Assembly (NCBI GenBank): GCA_963514005.1
Contig: OY740812.1
Coordinates: forward strand, 10,354,001-10,418,000
DNA length: 64,000 nt
Origin: Raja brachyura
Taxonomy: Eukaryota
Direction: 5' to 3'
The notes beneath the pieces were generated by a model. That model saw only the letters and a program-made list of their open reading frames with translations, searched no databases and was not told where the DNA came from. Positions 1 through 18,433 of this stretch are shown piece by piece (positions within the stretch are counted from its first letter, which is position 1; every line of letters starts with the position of its first letter). The position numbers and the translations under genes were made by a program.

Positions 1-449
1 AATTCTATTTCAACTGCAACTTGAATACAATCCAATAGAAAGATCATGCAAGTGTAAGTTTGGATATTGGTTAAGAGTTTTAAAAACTCAAATGCATGAT
101 CCTATCTCCACTTTCTGGGTGGGCACTAAGTAGAACGTTTTGACATGTAAATACTTTCCTCTGACCATAACTGTCAGCAGCAAGTTTCAAGCATATTTCA
201 AAATAAAACTCAAACCTTGACAATGCCCAGAGGAATTGTTTATATTGCAAATAAATACCTAAGCCACAGAAAATGAGAACACATAGTTTAGAATGTAGGC
301 TGAAGATCTAATCACTTTTATTAGTTTGGTCACTGCTAAAGGGCCTTCTTAGTCCAATTCAACCACTGCATGTCATGTTAAAGGGTGAAAATGCCTACAT
401 TTTAGCAAAAAGCTATTTTAAGATCAATACACTCCTACACCTTAGAACA

Positions 450-725
450 AAACCTAGGCTGGCACATCAATACAGGATTGAAGAATGTTGCACAGTTGGA
501 GCTCTAACTTTTCAGCTGGCACGTTGAATTGAGGCCCCATTATTTCTGATAGATGGATGCTAAAAATCTCTTGACACTATTCAAAGAATTCTTGTCGGCG
601 TATGTCTATCACATTGCCTAAACAATAACAAAAAGATCAGGTGATTAATACTGTTTGTGGACACTTGCTGAGAACAAATTGGCGGCCAATTTTCCTGCAA
701 TTAATTAAACACATTTAAAAGTAAC
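450..725 (+). mobile_element. DeuSINE (SacSINE1/AmnSINE-like) fragment, decayed
   Basis: Resembles the recalled Deu-domain: ...gttgaattgaggcccc...gatgctaaaaatctcttgacactatt...tgtttgtggacacttgctgagaacaaattggcggcc. Confidence 0.55.
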
Positions 726-1091
726 TAAATTCCTGGAGTACCATCGGGTGTATTCAGCACTTTTCGTGAATCCAGGACATGTTCCTTGTGAGGGAGGGTT
801 TCAGACCAAATTGCATCTGATGTTATTCTGCAAATGATCAAATCATTTTGGCAAAAGATTTGCCATCTCTCTAAAATGGACAGAAAGTTGCTAAGAACAA
901 GGTCTTACTTTGAAGTGCCTCGAAAATGAGTACCAGACAGCAGAAAAGTGATTGTCAAAATGGAAAATATTAATTAATAACATTTTTTCAACCAAAATGC
1001 ATCCTTGATAGATTCTAACATTTCCCACACTTCTTTCAAGTGGCTGTTGGTATTCAACAGTTGCACTGATTAGCTTCAATTTTCTTATACC

Positions 1092-1164
1092 ATTGTAAAG
1101 CACTTTGGCCAACGAGAGTTGTTTTTTAAATGTGCTATATAAATAAAAGTGACTTGACTTGACT
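1092..1164 (+). mobile_element. L2 LINE 3' end
   Basis: ATTGTAAAGCACTTTG...TGCTATATAAATAAA followed by a (GACTT)n tail. Confidence 0.65.
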
Positions 1165-1842
1165 AAAGATAACTTCTACTTGTGTACAACAATAACAGTT
1201 TGCCTTGGCAGGGTACATGATCATTGAGATGGAATGGACCAAGGAGACATTCAAATTGTTACAATTTGATTCTGTTGTTATCAGCTCCTACCATCCTCCT
1301 CCTGTCTCTTATACAACCCTCTCCTTTCCCATATCCCTGCCCACATACAAATACCAAAGAGATTTGTATGGGTTGAGCAGGAGAGCTAATGGATTTCACT
1401 GCATGCAAATATTAAGCTTAGACTTAACAGAATACTTTCAAAAGCTAGGGCCAATAGAAGTTTAAAGTGACTTTAATTACCACTATACAACTGTCAGTTA
1501 TATTCCTCAGGATCTAGACATTTATGAAATGGGTGTGATGGACATTTTCAGTATATTTGGATTAATTGATTTGGCAGATATAAACGATTTCTGCTTGAGT
1601 TCGAAAACTAGGATGAAGTTAAAAAGTAGAGCTCAATATTTCAGGAGTTATGAACTCTCTCCTTGTTTCATTTAGTTTATATTGTTCTTACACTTATTTT
1701 TAATTTGTGGCGTTTTGGGTCAGGACCCTTCTTCAGACTGCTACCTATCTTGAGTTCTGCTCATGGAGATGCACGCTGTGGCTCACTGGTGGAACTCTCA
1801 CCTTGAGTCGGAGACCACAAGGTGGAGACCTGAGTTCAGAAG

Positions 1843-2070
1843 GTTACACAAAAAGCTGGAGAAACTCAGCGGGTGCAGCAGCATCTAAGGAGCGAAGGAG
1901 ATAGGCGACGTTTCGGGTCGAGACCCTTCTTCAGACTGAGACTTCAGTCTCGACCCGAAACGTCGCCTATCTCCTTCGCTCCTTAGATGCTGCTGCACCC
2001 GCTGAGTTTCTCCAGCTTTTTGTGTAACACTCGATTCTCCAGCATCTGCAGTTCCTTCTTTAACACATCG
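1843..2070. mobile_element. Penelope-derived fold-back element with hammerhead core
   Basis: Perfect 82-bp inverted arms (1843..1924 / 1947..2028). 11-bp TSD GAGTTCAGAAG at 1832 and 2071. Minus-strand CTGAAGA-AGGGTCTCGACCC-GAAACGTC at 1907..1934. Confidence 0.85.
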
Positions 2071-3656
2071 GAGTTCAGAAGCTGGTCTTGTACTTCCTCC
2101 GTGGCTTGTTCTGTTGGAGGTTGCCTTCTTAAATCCATGCAAACAAAATTATTCTATCAATGCCCAATAGATACTTTAAACACAAGATAGACACAAAAAG
2201 CTGGAGTAACTCAGCGGGACAGGCAGCATCTCTGGAGAGAAGGAATCGGTGACGTCTGATTGCTATCACACGTACCAAAAAAGGTTTCTTCTTCATGGCT
2301 CAATTTTGAATACCTGGTGGTTTCCCTTTAAGCTTTTTACTCCATGGGGAATATCATCCCAATACATTTTCTATGTATCATTCATATGTGCCCAGAAATG
2401 TATGTAATACTCCAACTAACGCCTAACCAGTGATTCTTGATGTCGCATTCCATATTCACAAACCAAATTTCCCTTATAATCTACCTGCATTAAAATGCAT
2501 CTTTGTTGACCCATTTCACTAATCTCTGCCCTCCAGTAATCAAATGCCCACTTATTACATCAACAACCTGTAAACTGTACTCCCTATAGCCAAGTCCAGC
2601 ACATATATATAGAATAAGCGATCGTTCCATAGTTTCTGTTGCAACTTTAGCCAATTTTGCAGCAATATTATCACAACCCCTCTAATAACATGTGCTTTAT
2701 GTTGAAATGAAGTACTTCATCATCAAGACTCCAGATGCTGCAGTTGTAAGCAAAAAAAACCTGCTAAAAGCCGCCAGTAGGTCAGGTATTATCTGTGGTG
2801 GGAAATGGATAGATGACGTTTCGGGTCAGAACTTTTTCAGACACTCGTAGGGGAGAAAGTTAGTGAAGAGCAGTGAGAGGAAGGGGTGGGGAAAGAACTG
2901 GCAAGTGAAAGGTGGAGTCAAGTGAGGAGGCATGATTGACAATTGAGTCAGGAAGGGGAAGACAGAGGCGAAGTGGAGAAAACAAAAGGGTGACTCAATT
3001 TACCCGTCATTTTTTTGAATAAGGGTGTTGTGTAGTTCTGCAGTTTTCTCACTCTATTCCACAATCCAAAGTAGGATTGAAAGGTTGAGGTGTGCCAAAC
3101 TAATTTTTGCCATCAACCTAGGATATTCCATCTGGATGGGATAATTTGTTAGCTTTAGGAGATATACATAGGAATCTTGACCTATTTTCTAATCTCCTTA
3201 CCCTTCATCAACCAAAACATTATTTAATTCTCTTTTGTGAATACAAAAGCAAAATAATCAGACCGTATTTTGTCATTTCTCTGCCACCACAAGTTTACCA
3301 TTCCTTTAACCGTCCTAGTGACCATCTTATGGTTACGGCCTTTCTCATGAGTGAAAATGTCTTAATTACATCTTCACTATGAATTTCTTCATGATCCATA
3401 AGATTGCTATAACACAAACGCTCAGCCAAGTCTATTCTAGAAGTCACCTCATTCAATCTTTAATAGATACAAGCCCTTTGTTATGGTTTCACTTCAATAT
3501 TTTATGCATTCTCCATTTCCTCAGTACTTTGTACGGAGAGCAGAACTGGCCCACAGTGTTCCTATGCATTCTGATGAAGATGCCAGCTGTTCAAAATAAA
3601 TGTAGTTTGTTTTATTCTCTCTTTCTCCTTTTCAGAACCACATTATTCATTTGTTC

Positions 3657-3867
3657 GTAGACAAAAGTGCTGGGGAAACTCCGCGGGTGAGGCAGCATCA
3701 ATGGAGCGAAGGAAATAGGCAATGTTTCGGGCCGAAACCCTTCTGCAGACATTCGGCCAAAAACGTTGCCTATTTCCTTCGCTCCATAGTTGTGGCCTCA
3801 CCCGCTGAGTTTCTCCAGCACATTTGTCTACCTTCGATTTTCCAGCATTGGCAGTTCCTTCTTAAAA
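3657..3867. mobile_element. Penelope-derived fold-back element
   Basis: Imperfect inverted arms. 15-bp TSD ATTATTCATTTGTTC at 3642 and 3868. Confidence 0.8.
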
Positions 3868-6581
3868 ATTATTCATTTGTTCTGTCACTTGGAACTCATT
3901 CCTTTGAGAATTTTCCCTTGTACATGAAGTAATCTTTCAATCTAAAGTGCATCCTTCAGCTGTCTCGACGCTAATCTGCTGTTTCTCTATGCACTTCCCC
4001 ACTCTTTTGTCAATTGTAAGTTTTGCAATGCGGCTCCCACAACTATAGTGCAGACTATCCGTATTTTAAAAAGTTAATACTCCCAAAATTGACATTCAGG
4101 GGCCACTGAATGACCACCACCTGTATCCAACACTACTCCCCATCCAGATTTAGAGGACACTTCTTGTCAGCAAATCAATTATTTATCCATGCATCTGTTT
4201 TCCATTTTGGCTTTCATCAAGAACCTTCTGTGCATGAAACACTTGCCTGACATTGCCTGTAATCCACTGCACTACCCTGATCAACCTTTAATCACTTAAA
4301 AATAGTTCAATAATAATAATCCAATAAAATTGAGAGATGTTTCTCTTCTTGATTAACTTGCACCTTCCCAAATGTATGATTTTATCTAATTGTGGTCATT
4401 TCTAGCTGACTATTCTGCAATTTCCTGCTTTGTCTCACTTTAAGTAGTCATATGACATGAGTAACCTTCAGGTCTATGCGAATTATCAACTTTCAATAAT
4501 GCTACTTTTAAATCAAGTACTATTCCATCTATAATTTTTTTCAATGGGATCTGTACACTGTTCCATTTGTTTCTGAAGGCAAATACAAACGACAATATTT
4601 CCATCGTGCCCTACATCTCCAAGAATTGTCCTTATACCCTTTCATAAACTCAACCCTTTCATATGTACTTACGCTACATGAACATTGCTAATTTGAAACT
4701 GCAACAGAAAATAGCTTTGGTGAAGTAACTGCCATCGATACATTTTTCAATGATAAATAAAATATCTAATCTTCCACTTAATGGCTTACAAATATATTGC
4801 AATGTAAATCATAAATAGCAATAATATTCCATAAGATTGTGGCTTATCTCTTGGCCCCACACCACTTCCCTTGCTACCCTGCTAAACCTCACTTCTATTA
4901 GTTTCTGAAAATCTATCAACTAGCCTTGAAACTATTCGACTGAGCCTCTAGAACCATCATGAGTAAACAATTCCAAAGATTCACCACATGAGTGAATTTC
5001 AATGTTCTCCTAAAATGTCCAAGTTTTGTTTTGAGACTGTGATATCTAGTTTAAAAAACCCCAGCCAAACTAAATATCAAATCCACATCTACCCTATCAA
5101 GCCCCATAGGAGAATTAAATGTATCCAGTAGACCACCTTGCAGTATTATACAGGCATGGTCTTCTCTCTCATCATACAACAAACCTGCCATAACAGGAGA
5201 CGATCTGACAAATCTTTACTGCACTCCCTCTGGTGCCAGAATATCTTTCCCGAGGCAGGGAGACGAGACCTGCAAACAAGAATCCAGATGCCATCTCTTC
5301 AGTGATCTATCATTTGAACAAGACTACTCTTGCAGCATACTGTAAGAATGCAGAAGAGGGTACCAAAATGAGCAAATGAGGATTTAATTACTGCATATTC
5401 TCAAAGGGAAAAGTGAAAAGATTTCCTTTTAGAGAATTTTAAAAGGGACCAGAAAATTTAGACTTTGACAAGCTATTTCATTTTGACAAAAATGGTAAAA
5501 TCAGAGCAAAGGACCTCCAAAGTAGGAAGTTACATTTTAAAAATCCACAGAATATTTTAGTGAAGGGTAATTCTCTAGAACTAATTTACAGGAAGTGGTA
5601 GAAGCCTTTCGTAACAATTCACTCAAAAACAAATTGATTGTTTCTTTCAGTAAATAACACTTTGAGACGTAGTGTAAGAGATTCCAAATACGACATTTTC
5701 AAACATGACAAGTACTTGGAATGAAAATCAAGTTACCAGATGTGTACCAGAGATTGGTATTTTGCCCAGATCTGAAGACAATTGAGTGTACAATCAATAG
5801 TCATGGTTAATATCCTATATCACACATGATAAAATGGAGAAACCAGTCTTTATTACCTTGTTACCTATTTTCATAAGAGTTAAGCCTTCGTTCTAATAGT
5901 ACAACCGTAAATAGAAAAGGACATAGTCTCCAATATAACTCAGAGCAAGAGTATTTCCTTTACATAATTTTAATTAAAATGTACTAATTGATTTGATATA
6001 CAATTCAGAACCCTACCACAAATTCAGTAAATGTAAATATGAGCTAATGCTACCTACATATTTGAAAGTGAATAGTGAAATAGAAGTTTCAAACTAACAT
6101 AATTCATGTTAAAAGAATCTTTCTGGTTTGTAATTCTTGGGGTGGAGCCGTCTTCCATTCCAGATAAACTTGCGCAGATCAAAGAATTTAGTAGAGTTGT
6201 ACGCAGTTTTCTTTTCTTGCATTATTTTTACTTTGTCACTGATTTCCATTTTGGACAGCACCTCCAAAGAACTACAGAACTTCACACTGAAGGAATAGCT
6301 GTTAAGGGCTTACAACCGCATTTGCTTTCAGTTGCTCCTGCAGTTGCCAATAGCTTTACTTCCCATCCCATTCCAAGCTAACCTTTAACTTAATTTTGCT
6401 TAGCGCAGGATTTAAACATTTACAAATTGCCATAGCATCTGTACAAAAAAATACATCAAAGTATAATATTCTAGATCCATAATTCAAGGTATATAAGCTA
6501 CATAAAATGCAAGAGAAGAGAACTTGAGTTGAAAATATTAAGTGCGAAAGACAAATGGACACATGGAACGGAGACCAGAAA

Positions 6582-6810
6582 ACACTTTTTCCTCAGAGTT
6601 GTGAGTGTGGAATTCTCTGCCTCAGAGGGCGGTGGAGAACGGTTCTCTGGATACTTTCAAGAGAGAGCTAGATAGGGCTCTTGAAGATAGTGGAGTCAGG
6701 GGATATGGGGAGAAGGCAGGAACGGGGTACTGATTGGGGATGATCAGCCATGATCACATTGAATGGCGGTGCTAACCGGAAGGGCCGAATGGCCTACTCC
6801 TGCACCTATT
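6582..6810 (+). mobile_element. CR1/HER1-like LINE 3' fragment
   Basis: ...TTTTCCTCAGAGTTGTGAGTGTGG...GGGCCGAATGGCCTACTCCTGCACCTATT, a typical CR1 3' end. Confidence 0.8.
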
Positions 6811-8339
6811 GGCAGAATTGAACAGGATTACTCAATTATTGACCATTCCTGAACAGGAACCAAGAGATAAATGTTGGTGAATGTGGGGAAAAATAAAGAC
6901 TGGTTTTAATGGGTACTTGATCAATGAGGATTCAGCAGGCATGTACTGCATGACTGACAAATTTTGGAATACTGCATCATTCCACACTAGAATCACTGTT
7001 TAGGAACGAGCATTTAAAGTATTCTATTTATAAAAGGAAAAGATGACCTTCATAGTTTACAATTTCCATTGATGAAAATGATTCTTTAAAGTTGCCACTG
7101 TGCCATTGGTTTCTATCCAAACTACCATCACCGGCTATTTTGATCAAAACCAAAAATGATGGAAAAAGAGTTGCAGATGCTGGAACATTGAACAAAAAAA
7201 CCCCCTGGAAAAAAATTAGTCCAGACAGTACTATACAGCAGTACTGCCATTTTCCTCAGGTGGCATGTGAGTGGGGGGGGGGGGGGAGAGGGCTCTGTGT
7301 AGAAAAGAGCTAGTTTCCCCAGCAATATGCTTTGTGCTCAAATGGAGGAAAATCTCAGCAAGTAATCTAGAATCAATAGGAGACAAGGCTGTTTCGGCGA
7401 CCAATCAGAATTATTCTGATTATTTTTGCAAAAGCAATTCTTGAGGACAGAACTATTTCCATTCCCCAATTAGTTTTCTACCAGATGACCAGCCTGTTCA
7501 ACTGGGACTACAGCAGTATCTTGGCTAAAACTAATCTAGATATTTAATTCCTCATGAGATTAATAGATATACAAATCTGAAAAGTCCCTACAATGATTTC
7601 CTCATCAATTGCTAATGCAATCTATTGCTGTCTTTTCATCCTTGTCATGATCACATTTGGTCTTTAAGTCATTTTTACCATATCGATGTTCAGCTATTTA
7701 AGGCTGAACTTGTTTTACTTTATGATTCTTTGCACTACACATTTGAGAAAGTTTTGTTTTTTTCTTTGAATCAATATTTACTTTAACAAAATAAGGCTTT
7801 TTAAAATTTTCTAATGAATCAGAAATCTCAGTAGGGGCAAGTACCTTTTCTGTGAATTTACACCCTGATGTGGGGTAAACATATTTATAAACATAGGAAT
7901 GGGGAATGAGAATTATTCTACACCTAGCTTGGCAAGGAGTCTCTGAAAATGCACACTGCAAATACTTGGCACCTAGAACATATGTGGCCATTTCTCAGCA
8001 CCAGTGGATTATGTACAATTTCACTCTTATTTTCTCCCCATGCACTTCAAATGAGATTGCAATATGTTAAGATCAAACTGAGGCCAAACTAAAATGCAGG
8101 AGACTTTGAAACCTTAGTTAAGGGGTTCAGAATTAAAGGTAGACACAAAGTGCTGGAGTAATTCAGCGGGACAGGCAGCATCTCTGGAGAGAAGGAATGG
8201 GTGGCGTCTCAGGACCAGACTCTTCAGAATCAATGCTGCTTAAAACCTGTATTTATACCAAATCCTGCACTGTAATTTAATGATGAATAAACGATCTTGG
8301 AATCAATCAATACGCAGAGGTTAAGAAGGGGAACAAGCC

Positions 8340-8345
8340 TTTATT
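8340..8345 (-). terminator. Candidate poly(A) signal AATAAA ending a ~1.5 kb ARF 3' UTR
   Basis: AATAAA on the minus strand followed by a pyrimidine/GT-rich tract. 8345..9825 has no recognisable TE, and TE sequence resumes at about 8230. Confidence 0.55.
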
Positions 8346-9825
8346 GGCAGCAGAAATATTTGCAACAAGTTCCCTTCTCCACACCTTTCTCAAACACATC
8401 CACGAATGTCTGCAATTTGGTCACACACTGGCATCCAAACATACTGGTATGCAACGCAGACATTTATTCTCATAAAGATATCTTTAACATATAATGCATC
8501 CCAAGACAAGTTTACAGATATGGTTAAAAATAAGCCGATTTTTCTTCAGATCAATTTCAAAATTACATTTCCCCACCTCTTGATATTTTGCTACAGAAAC
8601 CTTATTCCACAACTAAGCCTCATATTTCCACTATTAGGTTTGAGCATAATGTCCAAGCAAATTTAAATATTTAATTTAATTGTAGATTGAAACCAATAAT
8701 TCTCCAGACTCATTTCCCTTCATATTGTTATAATTTACAAGATTGCAGTTTACAGTTTAAAAAACATGCCTATAAGCATAAAGTATATTGTTGTCTCTGA
8801 ATATAGATCAGTATTCAACTGGTCATTAACATACAATGAACAAGTCAATTTGAAGTGCATGCTACTGATCTGTACAGGATAAATATTCCACTAAACCTCT
8901 AAATTATCTGAAATATACCGAAAAGTTTTCAATTTACTTTTTGGAAAATGTTCATATGTGGGGAAGCTTTCTGGAAAATAGATGCGTAATTTCAAATTCC
9001 ACTTGTGTCTGTAGTGTCACGACGCTGACGCTGAGTATTATTTTGAGGGAGTGTTGGTATTGCTGGGGCTTGTCTTGGCATATCCAAACAAAAAGGGTTA
9101 TATTTATTATATGCATTTCATCCTTTGCCCACCTCATATCAAATACATACAAGTGTCATTCAATATCTTTACAAAACAAGGAATGGGAGCAGCTACCTCA
9201 GTGACTTCTAAACATTAAATTACCAGATACAAGGTACTAAAAATCCTTAAAATTGCACAAGTAGAAGTCAATTTTGGTCAACATGGTCAATTTTGATGGA
9301 TCATTTGCAGAGCCATAAAACACTAGCCAGAACTCAAGGAAATTTCCTTCCAATATGTATTTGCTAAATTGCCAAATTGATTGGTGTACACATGCACAAT
9401 TTAAACTCAAACTGCATCACTCAGACTTGGGCTACATTGCAAACCAAGTTCAGCAAGATCGTTCAATATTGACAAGATCTGCTAGTGATCAGACACATTC
9501 TCTACACCCCCCTCCCCACCTCTAATTTAGAAAAGGGGTCATAAATAGTATTCATATTTCTAATTTTTGGTTAGATAGCAATTACAAATTGTAAATTAAT
9601 TTTAGGTCTGCAAGTGTTATTTGGCAACTATTTCAAAAATAGAGCCATTCATTTATTAGTAAAATACTTTCGTCAATGCCCACAATACCCGTTCTTACAA
9701 GTAGTGTCCCAAACCCATCTGTATTATAAAAAGGCACGTGGTGAGGAAACTGCTCCCACTCAAACTCTCTCACACAATCACACACACGCGGCTGGTCATG
9801 CAGAGACTTGGAGAAGTGGAATGGA

Positions 9826-15440
<5,615 letters not shown>

Positions 15441-15930
15441 TTATGTTTCTTTAATCAATCTGTAAAAGTAAACAACATCTTAATTTTGTACTACAGTAAA
15501 ATAGGATGTTTGATTCCTTCTTTGGGCAAGGCCTACTCCATCAAGATGGACATAATCAAGCTTCCATCTGATACTCAGATTCATAGTTAGACATGGAAAC
15601 GGGCCCTTTGGCGGGTGATCAACAATCACACTAACCCCATTTTATTCTCCCCCACATTCCCACCATACCTTCGATTTCATTGCTCACCTTTACACTAGAA
15701 GCAAATCTTGCTCAACATGAACCCACTAAAATTGGTGTATAATAAACACCTTAAAATGTCTGCACTTTAATAGTTCCCAGGCCCAAACTTGTTATCACCA
15801 AATTTCCCAATCTTCCATGCCTCACCCCTGCCTTGGATAGCTGTCTTTTCGTTGAAACACCCAACTTATCTTCATCTACTATCCCATTTCCATCACCTTG
15901 CTGAACTTGTTCTCATGGGATAATATATTC

Positions 15931-16300
15931 ATCAGCAGTCACTCGAAACGAGTACAACTGTCCTCTCAAGGAGGACGCCTGTGGGTGACTTTGTTTAACG
16001 TGGGAAGACTGGTGCGCAGACAGCTACCACATGGTCCTTGATAGATCTGGGTCAGAATCCAGTGGCATGGAATCCAGAACGACCGGGGACCATTTTCTGC
16101 TGCAGCCTTCCTAACCGTTGTGACGCACCACTAAAGTTAGCCATCATCCTCCGCCTGTTCCACCGTTGAGGTCTTGGTTGGACTGCACTTTGTCAGAGAC
16201 TTCCCCCTCGACCTTTCCGCCATGGGTGACCCTACCAGGAGCATAGCTCCATACGGCATCGCTCTCAGGGCCACACAAGCTTCTCCACCACGACAAGTGC
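15931..16300 (-). mobile_element. RTE-derived short non-autonomous element
   Basis: Minus-strand 5' end CACTTGTCGTGGTGGAGAAGCTTG...GGAGCTATGCTCCTGGTAGGGTCACCCATGGC...CTGACAAAG resembles RTE (Expander/BovB) 5' UTRs. Ends in ...CTGATGA. Possible TSD ATATTC. Confidence 0.6.
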
Positions 16301-16697
16301 AATATTCCAAAGAGAATGTGAAATCCACAGAGAATGTGAAAGGTTTCAATTGGCAATGCCAATCTCTGGATACATGAAGCATTCCTTATTTCAATCCAAC
16401 TGAAGTTATTCTCCCTTTTTCTGGAACTTTGATAACTATAAAATGCACTACATAGGCACCTTCACTAAACTCCATGATTTTGCTTCATCTGATGACCAAG
16501 AATATTAGGTTTTCTCAAAGCAATCCACATCAGTACTTTCAAATACTTTTTAATTCCTCAACCATGGATTCCCTTCATTATCCACACCTTTCTAGACTCC
16601 ACATTCAAATTAATTGGTGATAATCTGACATCTTCAATGTGAGAAGTTTAAGAAAGAACTGCAGATGCTGGAATAATCAAAGGTAGACAAACGCTGG

Positions 16698-16945
16698 AGA
16701 TAGAAACATAGAAACATAGAAAATAGGTGCAGGAGTAGGCCATTCGGCCCTTCGAGCCTGCACCGCCATTCAATGTGATCATGGCTGATCATCCAACTCA
16801 GTATCCCGTACCTGCCTTCTCTCCATACCCCCTGATCCCTTTAGCCACAAGTGCCACATCTAACGCCCTCTTAAATATAGCCAATGAACTGGCCTCAACT
16901 ACCTTCTGTGGCAGAGAATTCCAGAGACTCACCACTCTCTGTGTA
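16698..16945 (-). mobile_element. CR1 3' fragment with (TAGAAACA)n tail, nested in a Penelope pLTR remnant (16650..17020)
   Basis: Tail repeat plus GCAGGAGTAGGCCATTCGGCCC. pLTR text continues on both sides. Confidence 0.75.
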
Positions 16946-17262
16946 AAGAAGATAACTCCTGTGTAAGGAGATAACTCAGCGAGTTCTATGGAGCAAAGGA
17001 ATAGGTGATGTCTTCAGACTCAAAGTGAGCTTATCAATTAACACATTTCTCCTTTTTCAAAAGTTCAAAAGCCATCTTTCTCTCCAGACTACGCCGATTC
17101 ACTGACATCTTAATAAATGTCCACTCACCACCCCAGTGTATTCCTGTAGGGAATAGAGGGCATACCTGCCCTCTCACCCATTTGCCGTTACACTTTTCAA
17201 GATCCCAAACACACCAAGATGAAGCAATGTACATCTTCCAAATTAGAAGTAATTTCTAACTA

Positions 17263-17527
17263 CAGTGGCATAGCTATAGAGTTGCTGCCTTACAGCACCA
17301 GAAACTTGGGTTCGATCCTGACTATGTGGAATTTGTACGTTCTCCCTATGACTGCGTGGATTTTCTCTGAGATTTCTGGTTTCTTCCCACATTCCAAAGA
17401 CATACTAGTTTATAGGTTAATTGGTTCAGTACAAGTATAAATTGCCCCATGTGTAGGATAGTGTTAATGTGCAGACACAGTGGGCCATAGGGCCAGTTTG
17501 CTCGCTGCATCTCTGAACCAAACTAAG
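17263..17527 (+). mobile_element. HE1-like V-SINE
   Basis: tRNA head with B-box GGTTCGATCC, V-domain (gtggaatttgtacgttctccc...cccacattccaaagac...ggttaattgg) and CR1-like tail. Confidence 0.75.
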
Positions 17528-17796
17528 TATACTGCATTTTGTGCTCGCGGCGTAGTCTACATTACAATGGCAAAACCAAACAAGCTTGGTAACCACTTCC
17601 AAACACCTCAAGAGTGTTTTATTATTATACATCTCAAAACAGAACAATGAAATTGTTAGGGACAGCTGCACAACAAATATGTAAACATAGTACTCTGTAA
17701 ACACCACAATAAACAAAAAGTTCAGTATATAAAAACACCTCTTCTGCTTACATGCATGACCAAGACTCCATTTACCTATCATTTCAATTCTCCACA

Positions 17797-17928
17797 GGGG
17801 TGGGAGATTGCAACCTTCACGTGGTCCACCCTGTTTTCGGCGAATGCAATCAACCCGGTGTGCACAATCAAATAAGATCAAATTGTCCTACAACTTTAGG
17901 CTGTGCACGTCATATGCAAGAAGAAGAA
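17797..17928 (+). mobile_element. Short retroposon 3' fragment with (AAG)n tail; further copies at ~19414-19470, ~35828-35950 and ~50248-50317 (-)
   Basis: GGGTGGGAGATTGCAACCTTCACGTGGTCCACCCTGTTTCG...CAACTTTAGGCTGTGCACG recurs in the window. Family not identified. Confidence 0.7.
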
Positions 17929-18433
17929 TTCTCCACTACACCCAATCTGACACCTGTCTTCAGTCTCCTACATTGCACAAACCTATATGGCTCCGCTGCA
18001 ACATAATATTGGTTAATCTTCTGTATTTGCATTAAGATAAACAATTTTAACTGCTGCCTCTCACATTTCCAGCATATTTTCTGTGGATGATTTCAGATGC
18101 TTAGTGTAAACATGTTAAGAACATATAAAGAACTGTACAGACACAGTCTGGTGTTCAAAGTCAGCTTTAATCTTCAATCATGGTGGTGCAGTACAATACG
18201 TTGTTGGTTCACCTCTACCACCGGTGTAACTACGTAATATAGGAAGTGAGTGTTAATATAAAGTGTACAGTAGGATGGAGTTAATGTTAATACATTACTC
18301 TGATGGGTTCACATGTAATAACCAATTTACACTTAGTCACCTCTTATTTACATCCCTTTAATTTACTGTGTTATTAATTCCTTTCTCTCCAGTTTCGCAC
18401 TCAGCTCCATCACAACTTTTGTCATTTAAATTG

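Noticed and set aside
6112-6252. 46-aa minus-strand ORF with KFIWNGRR resembling an L1 ORF2 motif
   Set aside because: Too short and no flanking L1 homology; probably chance.
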